In this document: positions 48,101 to 56,881 of the stretch, piece after piece | Layout of the letters: each line of letters opens with the position of its first letter | Numbering within the stretch: the stretch's first letter is position 1 | Source of the DNA: a virus | Taxonomy: Duplodnaviria > Caudoviricetes | IMG/VR virus record: IMGVR_UViG_2684623061_000001 | Coordinates: 1,800 to 65,799 of that record | Direction: 5' to 3' (one strand) | DNA: 64,000 bases | Made by a program: the position numbers and the translations under genes | The notes under the pieces: model-generated | What the model saw: only the letters and a program-made list of their open reading frames with translations | Told to the model about the DNA's origin: nothing | Database searches by the model: none

Positions 48101-48983
48101 GGTCGACTACATCGTCCGCAACACCGGTGTCGACGAACGCGGTATCCCGGGCGTGCGTATCGCCTCGATCGAGGGCTTGTTGATGGAGACCGACCAGTAC
48201 GGCCGCTATCACCTCGAGGGCGTGGACGTGGGCACCCTGGAACGCGGCCGCAACTTCATCCTCAAGGTCGATCCGTCGACCCTGCCGCCGGGCACGGTGT
48301 TCACCACCGACAACCCGCTGACGCGTCGCGTCACCCCGGGCCTGCCGGTCCGCTTCGACTGGGGCGTCAAGCTGCCGGCCGGGCTGATCGAAGGCGGCGA
48401 GGAGCAGGTCGAGATGGAACTGGGCGAAGTCTTCTTCGCCCCGGGCAGCGCCGAGGTGCGTGCGCAGTATCTGCCGGCGATCGAGAAGATGGCCGAGAAG
48501 ATCAAGCAGCATCGCGGTGGTGAGGTGGTGATCAGCGCCAACGGCGATAGCGAGTCGCTGGCGTTCGATCGGGCTTCCGCGGTCAAGGCCGCGTTGGTCA
48601 AGCAACTGCCGGCCGACGTGCTGCAGGCGCTGAAGGTCAGCGTCCGCGGCAACGCCGACGACCCGGGTTCGCTGATCGTCGGCCTGGGCGAGGGCGGTGC
48701 GCTGCTGGGCACGGTGTTGTTCGACACCAACAAGGAGACCATCCGTCCGGAATTCGAGCCGCTGCTCGACAAGGTCGCTGCTGCGCTGGAACGCATGCAC
48801 GGCGGCGTCATCGCGATCGTCGGCCCCACCGATGTCCGCGCTTCGTACCAATACAACACTGCGCTCGACATGCGACGCGCCAAGGCCGTCTACGACGCGT
48901 TGGCCCAACGACTGAGCCCCGAAGTGCGCGCCAAGGTGCGAGTCGAGTCGCGTGACGATCCAACCGCCCTTGTCGACGCGTAG
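42126..48983 (+). CDS. Giant surface adhesin: signal peptide, CshA-type N-domain, GEVED, DUF11 Ig-like repeats, C-terminal OmpA-like domains
   Basis: AKA|QLATGGSG..WFSWG; GGEVEDY; repeated GDVITYTLT..LTDTL; VFDDRDGDG; VLFDTNKETIRP..RRAKAV; AAGGGG RBS before ATG 42126. Confidence 0.88.
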   Translation: MLSLRISRLLCLFGGGEPRHHDTISIASKIVRTIIIATTLLLGAIGSFNAKAQLATGGSGIYRDNIVWFSWGSAQSAPIPQAGVTRTNSVSVGGRFLRVTCSLSNINGPDADPDLRSHTPGLAVGGLDELYNIGGNDTSNTMIIGLMNRLPGTGNIIISADFACSATYGLTNTAADPAFVISGLVMGDAESLGGPFRGSEYLQATIPVGGVWRLIDRLTSAACSIDQDITRTGQELRINGHAGGNCADGGPTGIAFMDGADSAHLDFGLIHSSLPRGAFAFGVFVDVTDMGDAPASYGPAAHLQRLDWIGGALPDTGTHDPPGGGSSLRTSDLAVQEAPQIRLGANLDTELVLTGGGSADEDDSDGIDDEDSLNGSLVIPLSGSYAPSGVICAAPSGTPVYGYIDWNRDGDFLDSGEQSTAASCQSGVVTNLSWVGPGGANVGSSYLRLRIGSVASEVASPSALATGGEVEDYLVTLAVPSVTVNKAVSTVGPVMAGEVLTYTLTVVVEDLPTTGATTLTDTLGNGLTFAAVTAPGIFICNSTGPSNVTCTLPISTAPGSYQVSYTATVTAAATGSVDNAVLPTGPDNPACGTCTTTTPVTPSAVTVNKATPTPGPVVVGSTITYTLTVDVANSQTTGVTELTDTLGNGLAFAAVTAPSIFICNSTGPSNVTCTLPISTAPGSYQVSYTATVTAAATGSVDNAVLPTGPDNPACGTCTTTTPVTPSAVTVNKATPTLGPVVVGSTITYTLTVDVANSQTTAVTELTDTLGNGLAFAAVTAPGIFICNSTGPSNVTCTLPIGTAPGSYQVSYTATVTATATGSVDNAVLPTGPDNPACGTCTTTTPVTPSAVAYGKTSSTAGPVVAGDVITYTLTTTVTNSQTTGLTTLTDTMSSGLTFVAVTVQIPAAAYTCNATNPLICTLPAGTLPGVYTVTYTAQVNASATGTVTNAVLGTGNDNPTCSGVCDTTTTVTPSALTYGKTASTAGPVAVGDVITYTLTTTVTNSQTTGLTTLTDTMSSGLTFVAVTGQTPAAAYACNATNPLICTLPAGTVPGAYTVTYTAQVNASATGTVTNAVLGTGNDNPTCSGVCDTTTTVTPSALTYGKTASTAGPVAVGDVITYTLTTTVTNSQTTGLTTLTDTMSSGLTFVAVTGQTPAAAYTCNATNPLICTLPAGTVPGAYTVTYTAQVNASATGTVTNAVLGTGNDNPTCSGVCNTTTTVTPSAVTYGKTSSTAGPVAVGDVITYTLTTTVTNSQTTGLTTLTDTMSSGLTFVAVTGQTPATAYTCNATNPLICTLPPGTVPGVYTVTYTAQVDVSATGTVTNAVLGTGNDNPTCSGVCDTTTTLTPSAVTVLKTATPTTPVSVGDTVTYTVTVTVANSQTLGVVTLTDTLGTGLTFGAVTSAGAVTCSGALTCTLPANTAPGSYPVTYTATINNQATGNVTNMVVPSGPDDPSCTTCTTTTPVVPPAVSYTKSASTAGPVVVGDVITYTLTATVTNAQTTGVTTLTDTMGSGLDFVAVTSAGAFTCNAANPLVCTLPAGTVPGSYAMSYTARVNGQAGGSVNNAVVGTGTDAPNCSNVGCSVTTEVAPPVVSYTKSASTAGPVAQGDTITYTLTTTVANAPTRNALTLTDTLGTGLDFTAVTGAAGYSCNAANPLVCTLPAGTVPGTYTVSYTATVNAQASETVNNTVVGTGTDNPACVGVCTTSTTVAPPPTLRVIKQASPRDVKIGDLVRYTVTVENTGTVDAIDATLVDTPPAGFTFVDGSLSVADRDGVGRLVGTYPIQVDQVDIAAGERATFTYLLRVGAGVRAGIHSNSALMRDNGKIVSNVATAEVQFIADPLLDHALILGTVFDDRDGDGWQDSAAIDDARVQGGFAAEAYVPNSTTVDRGNGPKAEPDASSPMLHGIVLGSISARQSDADPADAHRGVISQRLKELSFNDDFALTTQQGVTVRMDAAGTTRIERSGDAAKNLSGAAPTVERRVSPTEGGYLVDYIVRNTGVDERGIPGVRIASIEGLLMETDQYGRYHLEGVDVGTLERGRNFILKVDPSTLPPGTVFTTDNPLTRRVTPGLPVRFDWGVKLPAGLIEGGEEQVEMELGEVFFAPGSAEVRAQYLPAIEKMAEKIKQHRGGEVVISANGDSESLAFDRASAVKAALVKQLPADVLQALKVSVRGNADDPGSLIVGLGEGGALLGTVLFDTNKETIRPEFEPLLDKVAAALERMHGGVIAIVGPTDVRASYQYNTALDMRRAKAVYDALAQRLSPEVRAKVRVESRDDPTALVDA
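43675..44670 (+). repeat. ~3 near-identical 369-bp intragenic repeats
   Basis: ACGCCGTGTTGCCGACGGG recurs at 43861, 44230, 44599. Confidence 0.9.
44671..46170 (+). repeat. 4 near-identical 375-bp intragenic repeats
   Basis: ACTCGCAGACAACAGGC recurs at 44761, 45136, 45511, 45886. Confidence 0.9.
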
Positions 48984-49002
48984 CGGAATTGAGGGGGCGG
49001 AC

Positions 49003-52000
49003 ATGAAGATGAAGATGAAATTGCTGGACTACACCCTGATCAGCCTGTTGGCGGGCGCAGCCCCGTTGGCGGCTGCGCAGCAGCCCACACAAGCGGCCGC
49101 AGCTCAGTCCGATATCGGCCAGTCCGATGCTGGCCGGTCCGAAGGCACCGCCGAAGCGATGAAGTGCACGGAAGCAGCGTGCAGCGGCGAAGACGGTTTG
49201 CTGTTCAAGCTGCGTACGCGCAGCTACAGCAAGCCGGTGACCGAGGGCACGACGACCCAATCGTCGTCGGAAGCCCTGCAGCCGGACCGCCGCGTGTCGG
49301 TGGCGCTGGAGCAGCCGGGCAAGGCGGTGGCGATCGGCAAGTGGTCGGTCAGCCTGCCCAACGGCGGGGTGATCTGGGCGACCGAGGATCCCACCCTCGG
49401 CCGGCCGGAGATGAACATCAGTAGCAGCAGCCTGGTGTCGTTCGACGGCACCAAGGTGCTCAAGCCGGTGCGCTTCTACGCCTACAACAACTACTCCTCG
49501 TTCATCCAGCGCGCCGAAGTGTTGATCTACCGCGCCAGCGACACCGACCTGGTCGATCCGCTGGCGAAGGTCGAGCTGCCGGTGGGCGCGATCAGCGAGG
49601 CCGAATGGGACGGCACCCTGCCGGCCGGTTACGAAGCGCGTGCCGGCGACGAACTGCTGTACCTGGTGCGGGCCTACGGCGCCGACGGTAGCGTCGACGA
49701 GACCTACCCGCAGCGCATGCAACTGGTCCGGCCGGAAGAGGCCGAACGCGGCCTGCAAACCATGCGCAACGCCATGGAGCGCAAGCAGGGCACCTCGCTC
49801 GGGGTCGAAGAAGCGCAGCGCAACAGCCTGACCGAAGCGGTGTTCGGCAGCAGCACCCTGCGCCAGCAGAACATCGGCATCTACGGCTCGCGCATCCGCA
49901 TCCAGGGCCGCAACATTCCCGAGAACTATTCGGTCACGATCAATGGGCGCAATTTCCCGGTCGACCTGGAACGCAAGCTGGTCGCCGAATACCTGGAGCC
50001 GATCGGCCGTCACGAGTACGACCTGCGCCTGAAGGGCGAGGGCGGCGAGATCAACCACAAGCTCGATATCGACGTCAGTGGGCGCTACATGTTCGCCGTC
50101 GCGATCGCCGATGTGACCGCGTCCAAGGGCAGCACCTCCGGTTCGATCGAACCGCTGGCCGGCGACGAGCATTTCGACAAGAGCTTCCTGCTCGAAGGCC
50201 GTCTGGGCTTCTATCTGAAGGGCAAGATCAAGGGCAAGTACCTGGTCACCGCCCAGGCCGACACGCGCGAGCGCGAGGTCAGCCAGTTGTTCAACGGCTT
50301 CTGGAAGGCCGACCCGCAGGACATCTTCCGCCGCCTCGATCCGGACCTGTACTACCCGGTCTACGGCGACGATTCGACCACCTACCGCGACGTCGACACC
50401 ATGGGCCGGCTGTACGTCCGCGTCGACTGGGACAAGAGCCAGGCGCTGTGGGGCAACTTCGAGACCGGCATCACCGGCACCGAATACGGTCAGTACAGCC
50501 GTTCGCTGTACGGCGGCGCGCTCAACTGGCGCAGCCGGCGCAGCACCGTGCTCGGTGAGCCGGGCAGCGAACTGCGCGTGTTCGGTTCCGAGGCACAGAC
50601 CGCGCCCGGCCATAACGAGTTCATCGGCACCGGCGGCAGCCTGTACTACCTCAAGCACACCGACGTGCTGCCGGGCTCGGACAAGATCGTGCTGGAAGTC
50701 CGCGACGCCACCACCGGCCGGGTCGAGAACCGGGTCGATCTGGTGCGCGGCGCCGACTATGAGATCGACGAGATGCAGGGCCGCATTCTGCTGACGCGCC
50801 CGCTGGCGCAGGTGACCCGCGAGAACATCCCGACCCTGACCCGCGACGCGCCCCTGGACGGCTTCACCCAGGTGCTGCTGGTCGATTACGAGTTCATCCC
50901 GAACGGCTTCGATGCCGACTCGGTCACCGCCGGCTTCCGCGGCAAGCATTGGTTCGGCAACCATGTCGCGCTCGGCGCGACCTATGTCGATGAGAACCGC
51001 GCCGGCGACGACTACACCTTGAAGGGTGCGGACCTGACCCTGCAGGCCGGCCGCGGCACCTACCTCAAGCTGGAGCAAAGCCAGACCGAGTCGACCAGTT
51101 CGCCGATCTTCTTCTCCGACAACGGCGGCCTGAGCTTCAACGAAATCAACTCCGGCCTCGACCAGCGCAAGGGCACGGCGCGCTCGGTGGAAGCGCGCGC
51201 CAACTTCAAGGAACTGGGCTGGACCGATCTGGATTGGTCGGCCGGTGCCTGGTGGCGTCGCGTCGATCCGGGCTTCTCGATCTCGCGCTACGACCTGGGC
51301 CAGGAAGTCGAGGAACGCGGTTTCGAAGTGCTGGGCCAGTTCAACCCGTCGTTCAACATCTACGGCCGCTACAGCCGCGCCGAACGCGGCACCGAATCCT
51401 TGACCCAGGCGCAGTTGACCGGCGAATGGCGGATCAGCGATTCGACCACCTGGGCCGCGGAAATCCGCCGCGTCGAAGAGAACCGCGCCACCCTCGATGC
51501 CGCCGGCGTGCTCGGCGCCCTGCAGTACAAGCGCCGCTTCGGCAGCAGCTTCGACCTGTACGGCACCGCGCAGGTGACCTTGGACGACGACGACGGCCGC
51601 TACGCCGACAACGACGCCTTCACCCTGGGCGGCAAGTACGTGTTCGGCAATCTGTCGAGTGTCGGTGCGGAACTGACCACCGGCGACCGCGGCGACGCGG
51701 CGCAGATCAACGCCGAGTACCGCATCCAGCCCGACCACACGGTCTACGGCAGCTATACCTACTCGACCGACCGCACCGACTACGACCCGCTGTTCAACAA
51801 CCGCCTCAACTCGGGCTGGACCCTCGGCCAGCGCTGGCGCCTGTCGAACCAGGTCAGCATGTACAACGAAAGCCAGTTCCTGAAGGCGCCGAACGAATCC
51901 GGCCTGGCCCATACCTACGGCATGGATTTCTATCCGAGCCAGGGCTGGAACCTGGGCTTCACCCTGCAGAGCGCTCGCCTGGACAAGGAGATCGGTGAAG

Positions 52001-52728
52001 TCGATCGCCGCGCGGTCAGCCTCAGCGGCGGCCACACCTCGGCCGCGACGCAGTGGCAGAGCAAGCTGGAATGGCGCGAGGACACCGGTGCGGAGCGCCG
52101 CGAGCAATGGGTCACGACCAACAACCTGACCCACAAGATCAACGAAAGCTTCCGCATCGCCGCACGCCTGAACTATTCCAAGACCACCGACCAGATCAAC
52201 GCCGAGGCTGGCGCCAAGTTCATCGAAGGCAACGTCGGTTTCGCCTGGCGGCCGTGGAACAGCACCAAGTACGCGCTGCTCGGCAAGTACACGTATCTGT
52301 ACGACGTGTCGGCGCTGCCGCAGATCGGCGACAACGTGGCGTTCTACGATCAGCGTAGCCAGATCCTGTCGCTGGAAGGCATCTACAACCCGAACCACCA
52401 CTGGGAGTTCGCCGGCAAGCTGGCGCGTCGCGAAGGCGAAGTGCGTTACGGCCGTCTCGAAGGCCAGTGGGCCGACTCGGCGACGACCTTCGCCGCGGCG
52501 CAGGCGCGTTACGAGTTCGCCGAAACCTGGCATGCGCTGGCCGAGTACCGCTGGCTGGGCGTGAAGGACGGCGGCGATCGCCAGGGCTTCCTGATCGGCG
52601 TCGACCGCGACATCGGCCGCAACTTCCGCGTCGGTGTGGGCTACAACTTCACCGAGTTCAGCGACGACCTGACCAACTTCGACTACGACCACAAGGGTTG
52701 GTTCTTGAATCTGGTCGGCACCTACTGA
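49003..52728 (+). CDS. Large outer-membrane beta-barrel protein, partner of the DUF11 adhesin
   Basis: Signal peptide, amphipathic beta strands over the C-terminal half, terminal aromatic residue (GWFLNLVGTY); GAGGGG RBS. Confidence 0.82.
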   Translation: MKMKMKLLDYTLISLLAGAAPLAAAQQPTQAAAAQSDIGQSDAGRSEGTAEAMKCTEAACSGEDGLLFKLRTRSYSKPVTEGTTTQSSSEALQPDRRVSVALEQPGKAVAIGKWSVSLPNGGVIWATEDPTLGRPEMNISSSSLVSFDGTKVLKPVRFYAYNNYSSFIQRAEVLIYRASDTDLVDPLAKVELPVGAISEAEWDGTLPAGYEARAGDELLYLVRAYGADGSVDETYPQRMQLVRPEEAERGLQTMRNAMERKQGTSLGVEEAQRNSLTEAVFGSSTLRQQNIGIYGSRIRIQGRNIPENYSVTINGRNFPVDLERKLVAEYLEPIGRHEYDLRLKGEGGEINHKLDIDVSGRYMFAVAIADVTASKGSTSGSIEPLAGDEHFDKSFLLEGRLGFYLKGKIKGKYLVTAQADTREREVSQLFNGFWKADPQDIFRRLDPDLYYPVYGDDSTTYRDVDTMGRLYVRVDWDKSQALWGNFETGITGTEYGQYSRSLYGGALNWRSRRSTVLGEPGSELRVFGSEAQTAPGHNEFIGTGGSLYYLKHTDVLPGSDKIVLEVRDATTGRVENRVDLVRGADYEIDEMQGRILLTRPLAQVTRENIPTLTRDAPLDGFTQVLLVDYEFIPNGFDADSVTAGFRGKHWFGNHVALGATYVDENRAGDDYTLKGADLTLQAGRGTYLKLEQSQTESTSSPIFFSDNGGLSFNEINSGLDQRKGTARSVEARANFKELGWTDLDWSAGAWWRRVDPGFSISRYDLGQEVEERGFEVLGQFNPSFNIYGRYSRAERGTESLTQAQLTGEWRISDSTTWAAEIRRVEENRATLDAAGVLGALQYKRRFGSSFDLYGTAQVTLDDDDGRYADNDAFTLGGKYVFGNLSSVGAELTTGDRGDAAQINAEYRIQPDHTVYGSYTYSTDRTDYDPLFNNRLNSGWTLGQRWRLSNQVSMYNESQFLKAPNESGLAHTYGMDFYPSQGWNLGFTLQSARLDKEIGEVDRRAVSLSGGHTSAATQWQSKLEWREDTGAERREQWVTTNNLTHKINESFRIAARLNYSKTTDQINAEAGAKFIEGNVGFAWRPWNSTKYALLGKYTYLYDVSALPQIGDNVAFYDQRSQILSLEGIYNPNHHWEFAGKLARREGEVRYGRLEGQWADSATTFAAAQARYEFAETWHALAEYRWLGVKDGGDRQGFLIGVDRDIGRNFRVGVGYNFTEFSDDLTNFDYDHKGWFLNLVGTY

Positions 52729-52976
52729 CGGGTATCCGGGCATCCATCCGGCGGAAATTCTATGCAGAACGGCCTCCATGATGTTCCTCAACAGCTTCTA
52801 TTGGCCCCTCCCACGTCATTTTTGTGTGGGCGCAGGATGATGCTTAAGGAGGGCGGGTGTAGCGAAGTGACGAATCTTGCACATGCGGGCAGCAGACACC
52901 CAAAGCGTCGGGGTCTTGCGCCAAGAAGCATCATAATCCCAAGCTGAAATGGCTACTACCACGGAGTGCATTTCGT

Positions 52977-53375
52977 ATGATGCAATATGAATTTACTCTG
53001 CTCGAATCGAGAGCTCACTTAAGCGACGCGCAATGGGATTGCATTGCAGCGTCTCTGCCCGGCAATACCGGAACGAGGGCAAGGCAGGATCGGCAACACC
53101 AGTACAGAGCCTTTGTCGAAGCGGTTCTTTGGGTGGCAATCAATCAGACATTTTGGAGTGAATTACCCGCCCAACATGACTCGTGGCGATCGATCTATGC
53201 ACGTTTCGGGCGATGGTGCGATAGGGGTATGTGGCTATACGTTGAGAGCGCACTGACTTCGAGTGAGTACGGCCCCCTCTTAGGCCAGCTCCGAGTTCAA
53301 CATCAGCAGGAGCAGCTAAAGCGTAGACTTTGGCGCGCGCGAAGAGCAGCTAGAGAAGCAGATGCTGTAGGGTAA
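52977..53375 (+). pseudogene. IS5-family transposase N-terminal (DUF4096) fragment
   Basis: LSDAQWDCIA..LP..RAFVEAVLWV....WSELP....WRSIYARFGRWCDRG; no DDE domain follows. Confidence 0.7.
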
Positions 53376-54318
53376 TCCGAGCAGCGAACTTTAGACTCGG
53401 CAGCCGAGTCAGATTAAGTTCGCTATTGCCTTGCAGTTTGCAACCTGGCGGCGGACGGCACATCGACAAGATACCAACTAGGCCTCGAAGAGTTCGCATG
53501 CGCACACCAGTTGACATGATGGTCGGTGGAGCGCGAGCCAGGGATACGTATGTCGAGTGTTCGATTTCAACCGCGCAAGATCGTCAATACCGTAAGCACC
53601 CAGGCGGGTGACAGATGATCCTCTCGACCACCCGCGCGACTACACCGACCGTTTGTCAGGACCTCTCTTAAACGCGATTTATATCGCACTATTTGTGATA
53701 CTTATGGGACGAGACGGAGCGCTTGTCCATGTCCGGGCGCCTCCTGTCGCGGAGGCGGCTTGTGTCCTTGGGGGGGCGCAAGCCGCCTCTCCCGTTATGA
53801 AGCGTGAGCTTCGTTTCGTGAGTATCAGTAGGGGTCTTTACGGCTGGAATCGGCACAGGATTCACTGCGGGCATTCAGTCCCCTCCCTCCGAAAGGGGCT
53901 GACGAGGCTGTCCGCCGGGGGGACGCGTCACTGGCGCGTCCCCCGTTCTATTCGCAGCCGCCACTCGATTCAATGACCTTTGACGTTACGACCGAGTCAC
54001 TCTGCTATGACCTGCGCGGAACGTGCCGATTGACCTACATTTTTCTTTTCTCATGCGATTGATAGCCTGAGCGGATGGTTGTTGCCTCCACAGGAGGCTC
54101 TAGCCCCACGCGACCGGAGCACACGCCGGTTGCGTTTTCATTTGTGGAGGCGACCGGCTTTCCCATGAGGAGTGGGGCGGGACGTTGGTGATGTTGTCCA
54201 CGATTCCGTCGATGCTTTGAGCGTCCGCTAAGACCTGGGTTGACGGTCTCATCCTATGCACAGGTAGACCGCCAGAATCTGCTGCGGCGGATAGGCTCCC
54301 CGTGTGCTCACCCGCTCT

Positions 54319-54351
54319 GCACGCCCGGCTCCCCAGCCGGGCGTGCTTTTT
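54319..54351 (+). terminator. Intrinsic terminator-like hairpin directly before the distal tail genes
   Basis: GCACGCCCGGCT-CCCC-AGCCGGGCGTGC-TTTTT. Confidence 0.65.
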
Positions 54352-54352
54352 G

Positions 54353-55936
54353 ATGCCTATGACTCTGCGAACTGGCGTTGCCCGCGACTATTACGATTTT
54401 CTCACGCAGTTGGAGGCCGCCCTTTGCGGCGAGGGCCATGCTTGGGGCCTGCTTTATGTCGGTACCGGCAATGGCACGCTGGCAGGGCTGGACGGCACGA
54501 CCGGTGGTTACCGCGGTAGCGCGGCGTCGATCGCCGAAGCCTTCAGCATCACCGCGCTTGATGCCGAGCGATTCCAGGTGATCGGTACCACTGCGGGCGA
54601 TCTCGGCACAGCCAGCGTCGGCCAACCCTTTGAAACGGACCGGCTGCGATTCAGGATCAACGCGGGTTCCGTCCCATTTGTCGCGGGCGACGGCTTCACC
54701 CTGAATACCTCGCCGGCTTGGACGTTGGTGCGACGCTACGGGTGTCGGAACGCCAACGCACGGACTACGAACCTCGCCAGTCCGATCGCCGTCTTCGACA
54801 ACCGCATGGACACTACAGCCACGCGTCCCGTCACAGACCTACCGGCTCACGCTACGATCGAAATGATCGGGCCGACCTCGGTCAGGGCAATGACACTCGG
54901 CATAGGCGACAACGGAGCGCGCGGCCCGGCCGCGTTCGCGCTTCAGCGCTCCGATGACGGCGCGACTTGGACGTCCGTGCAAGCCTGGTCGGGGCAGATG
55001 TGGCCGACTGCCAAGATGCGGCGCACGTACCCGGTTACCAGCGCGGCACCATCTGCACGGTTCTGGAGGGTGATGATCACCGCGGCAGCGGGGGGTGATC
55101 CGCTGGAAGTGAACGACGTCAGCTTCCACACCGATCTCAATGCCGACTTCGAGCTGGAGGATCGGGCGCAGTGGATCGTGCAGGCGCCGGGCCTCGACGG
55201 GCAGAAGGCGATCTTCATTGGGGCCGAGCTGTACGAGGACTCCGCGCGGGCAGCCTACAACCTCAATTGGTACGGCTTTCGCTCGCACAACCCACTGCGC
55301 AGCCTGCGCACCCAGGTCAACGCTAGCGGCCTGCGTTGTCTACCGCTGCGCAATGGCCCGTTCGCCTACTGGCTGGCGATCAACGGTCAGCGCGTCGTCA
55401 TCGTCGCCCGGATCGGCACGGTCTATGTCAGCGCCTACCTGGGCTTCGTCAATGCCTACGAGCCGCCGTCGATTCACGAGTACCCACTCGCAATCGGCGC
55501 GTGCGGCTCTGTGGAAGTGCTGACTCCGGACATGACCGATGCCAACTTCCGATGCTTCTTCGATCCTGGCCGCTATAGCCTGGTCGCAAATTGCCCGGAC
55601 AACGTCTGGCGGGTGCACGCCAATCGGTACGCCGTCGGAGCGAACGAGTATGGCGACAGTGAAACCCCGGGCAAGGTCTATCCGAGCGCCATGTCCACGT
55701 CCGGTGATCGCGCGTATCTGCGCGAGAACCTCGACGGCTCGTCGCCCGTACTGCCGCTGATCCTCGGCAGCTCGAATCCGCGGCATCCGCTCGGCGAGTT
55801 CGATGGCTGCGGTTGGACCACCGGGTTCAGTACCGCCTCGGAGTCACGCATCGACCATGAGAGCACAGCCTGGATGGCATTCCAGAACACGTTTCGCACG
55901 TCGCCCGACAACTACTTTGCCTTGAAGCTCGATTGA
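54353..55936 (+). CDS. Virion structural (tail) protein with inserted discoidin-like domain
   Basis: First gene of the coupled distal tail operon; ALQRSDDGATW..ARFWRV; YVSAYLGF..EYPLAIG..GEFDG. Confidence 0.7.
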   Translation: MPMTLRTGVARDYYDFLTQLEAALCGEGHAWGLLYVGTGNGTLAGLDGTTGGYRGSAASIAEAFSITALDAERFQVIGTTAGDLGTASVGQPFETDRLRFRINAGSVPFVAGDGFTLNTSPAWTLVRRYGCRNANARTTNLASPIAVFDNRMDTTATRPVTDLPAHATIEMIGPTSVRAMTLGIGDNGARGPAAFALQRSDDGATWTSVQAWSGQMWPTAKMRRTYPVTSAAPSARFWRVMITAAAGGDPLEVNDVSFHTDLNADFELEDRAQWIVQAPGLDGQKAIFIGAELYEDSARAAYNLNWYGFRSHNPLRSLRTQVNASGLRCLPLRNGPFAYWLAINGQRVVIVARIGTVYVSAYLGFVNAYEPPSIHEYPLAIGACGSVEVLTPDMTDANFRCFFDPGRYSLVANCPDNVWRVHANRYAVGANEYGDSETPGKVYPSAMSTSGDRAYLRENLDGSSPVLPLILGSSNPRHPLGEFDGCGWTTGFSTASESRIDHESTAWMAFQNTFRTSPDNYFALKLD

Positions 55937-56871
55937 TGGCGTACGCGACCTCCGCAGCAAACGATCCCAACGAGCTGCTCGACAAGCTGCGCTTGTTCGC
56001 CCACGGCAGCGGTTGGGCCATCGATGGCCTGCGGGACCGCACGGCCAAAGTCGGGAAGGCGCTGAGCTTGCATGCAGGCCCGCTGTGCGCGACGTTCCTG
56101 ACCGAGCTGAGCGGCGGCGATGGCAACCGGCCGCCGCCGTTCGTTGGGACCTTCGGCCATTCCGGCTATGTCGCAAGCGCCAATGCCGACGTACAGAACG
56201 AAGCCAGCGCGGTTGCCTGGACCAACTACGCCCAGGGGCCGTACAGCGCCGTTCACTTTTTCAGCCAAACCGCGCCCCAGCCTTACCTGCACATCGTGCT
56301 GGAAACCCAGGCCGGCACGTTCAAGCACTTTGGCACCGGCCGCCTGATCACGTCGGGGGCGGTTCACACCGGCCAGTACGTCTACGGCAGTCAGTGGTAT
56401 TACGACGCCAACTACATCAACAGTCCCGACGATCAACGCCACGCCGTAGCGTTTGATGACAACTGGTACAACTTCGTCTCGCCGGTGACGCGGGTGCGCG
56501 CCGACTACGACGGCGTTGCGCCACGTTGGCATTCCGTTTCGGACTCTGAAACCGACGCACGTCGGCTGCTGTGCGGCTGGCGGGGTAAATCGGCACCCAT
56601 TAATCTGCTGAAAGACCTGGGGCACAGCACGCTCACCGGGCGCGCACCAGGGCAGCCGCTGTGGTGCGCGGTACCGCGGGGCGCCGGCCTGTTCTCGGAC
56701 ATCGGCCATCCGCCGGATCTGCGCTTCATCCGCCTGGACAGCTACGCCCCGGGCGAGGAACTGACCCTGGGCAGCGACCGATGGAAATTGTTCCCGGTCC
56801 ATCGCAAGAACGGACCCGCCGGCACCCCCAACAGCGGCGTCTACGGCTACGCCTACCGCATTACCGACTGA
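55936..56871 (+). CDS. Virion structural (tail) protein
   Basis: MAYATSAANDPNELLDKL..GW; FKHFGTG; LGSDRWKLFP..SGVYGYAY, resembling D3112-type siphophage tail proteins. Confidence 0.72.
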   Translation: MAYATSAANDPNELLDKLRLFAHGSGWAIDGLRDRTAKVGKALSLHAGPLCATFLTELSGGDGNRPPPFVGTFGHSGYVASANADVQNEASAVAWTNYAQGPYSAVHFFSQTAPQPYLHIVLETQAGTFKHFGTGRLITSGAVHTGQYVYGSQWYYDANYINSPDDQRHAVAFDDNWYNFVSPVTRVRADYDGVAPRWHSVSDSETDARRLLCGWRGKSAPINLLKDLGHSTLTGRAPGQPLWCAVPRGAGLFSDIGHPPDLRFIRLDSYAPGEELTLGSDRWKLFPVHRKNGPAGTPNSGVYGYAYRITD

Positions 56872-56881
56872 GCCGACCCCT

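Noticed and set aside
53608-53976. 122-aa ORF with a short hydrophobic stretch
   Set aside because: Weak start, atypical composition, runs through hairpins; probably spurious or a remnant
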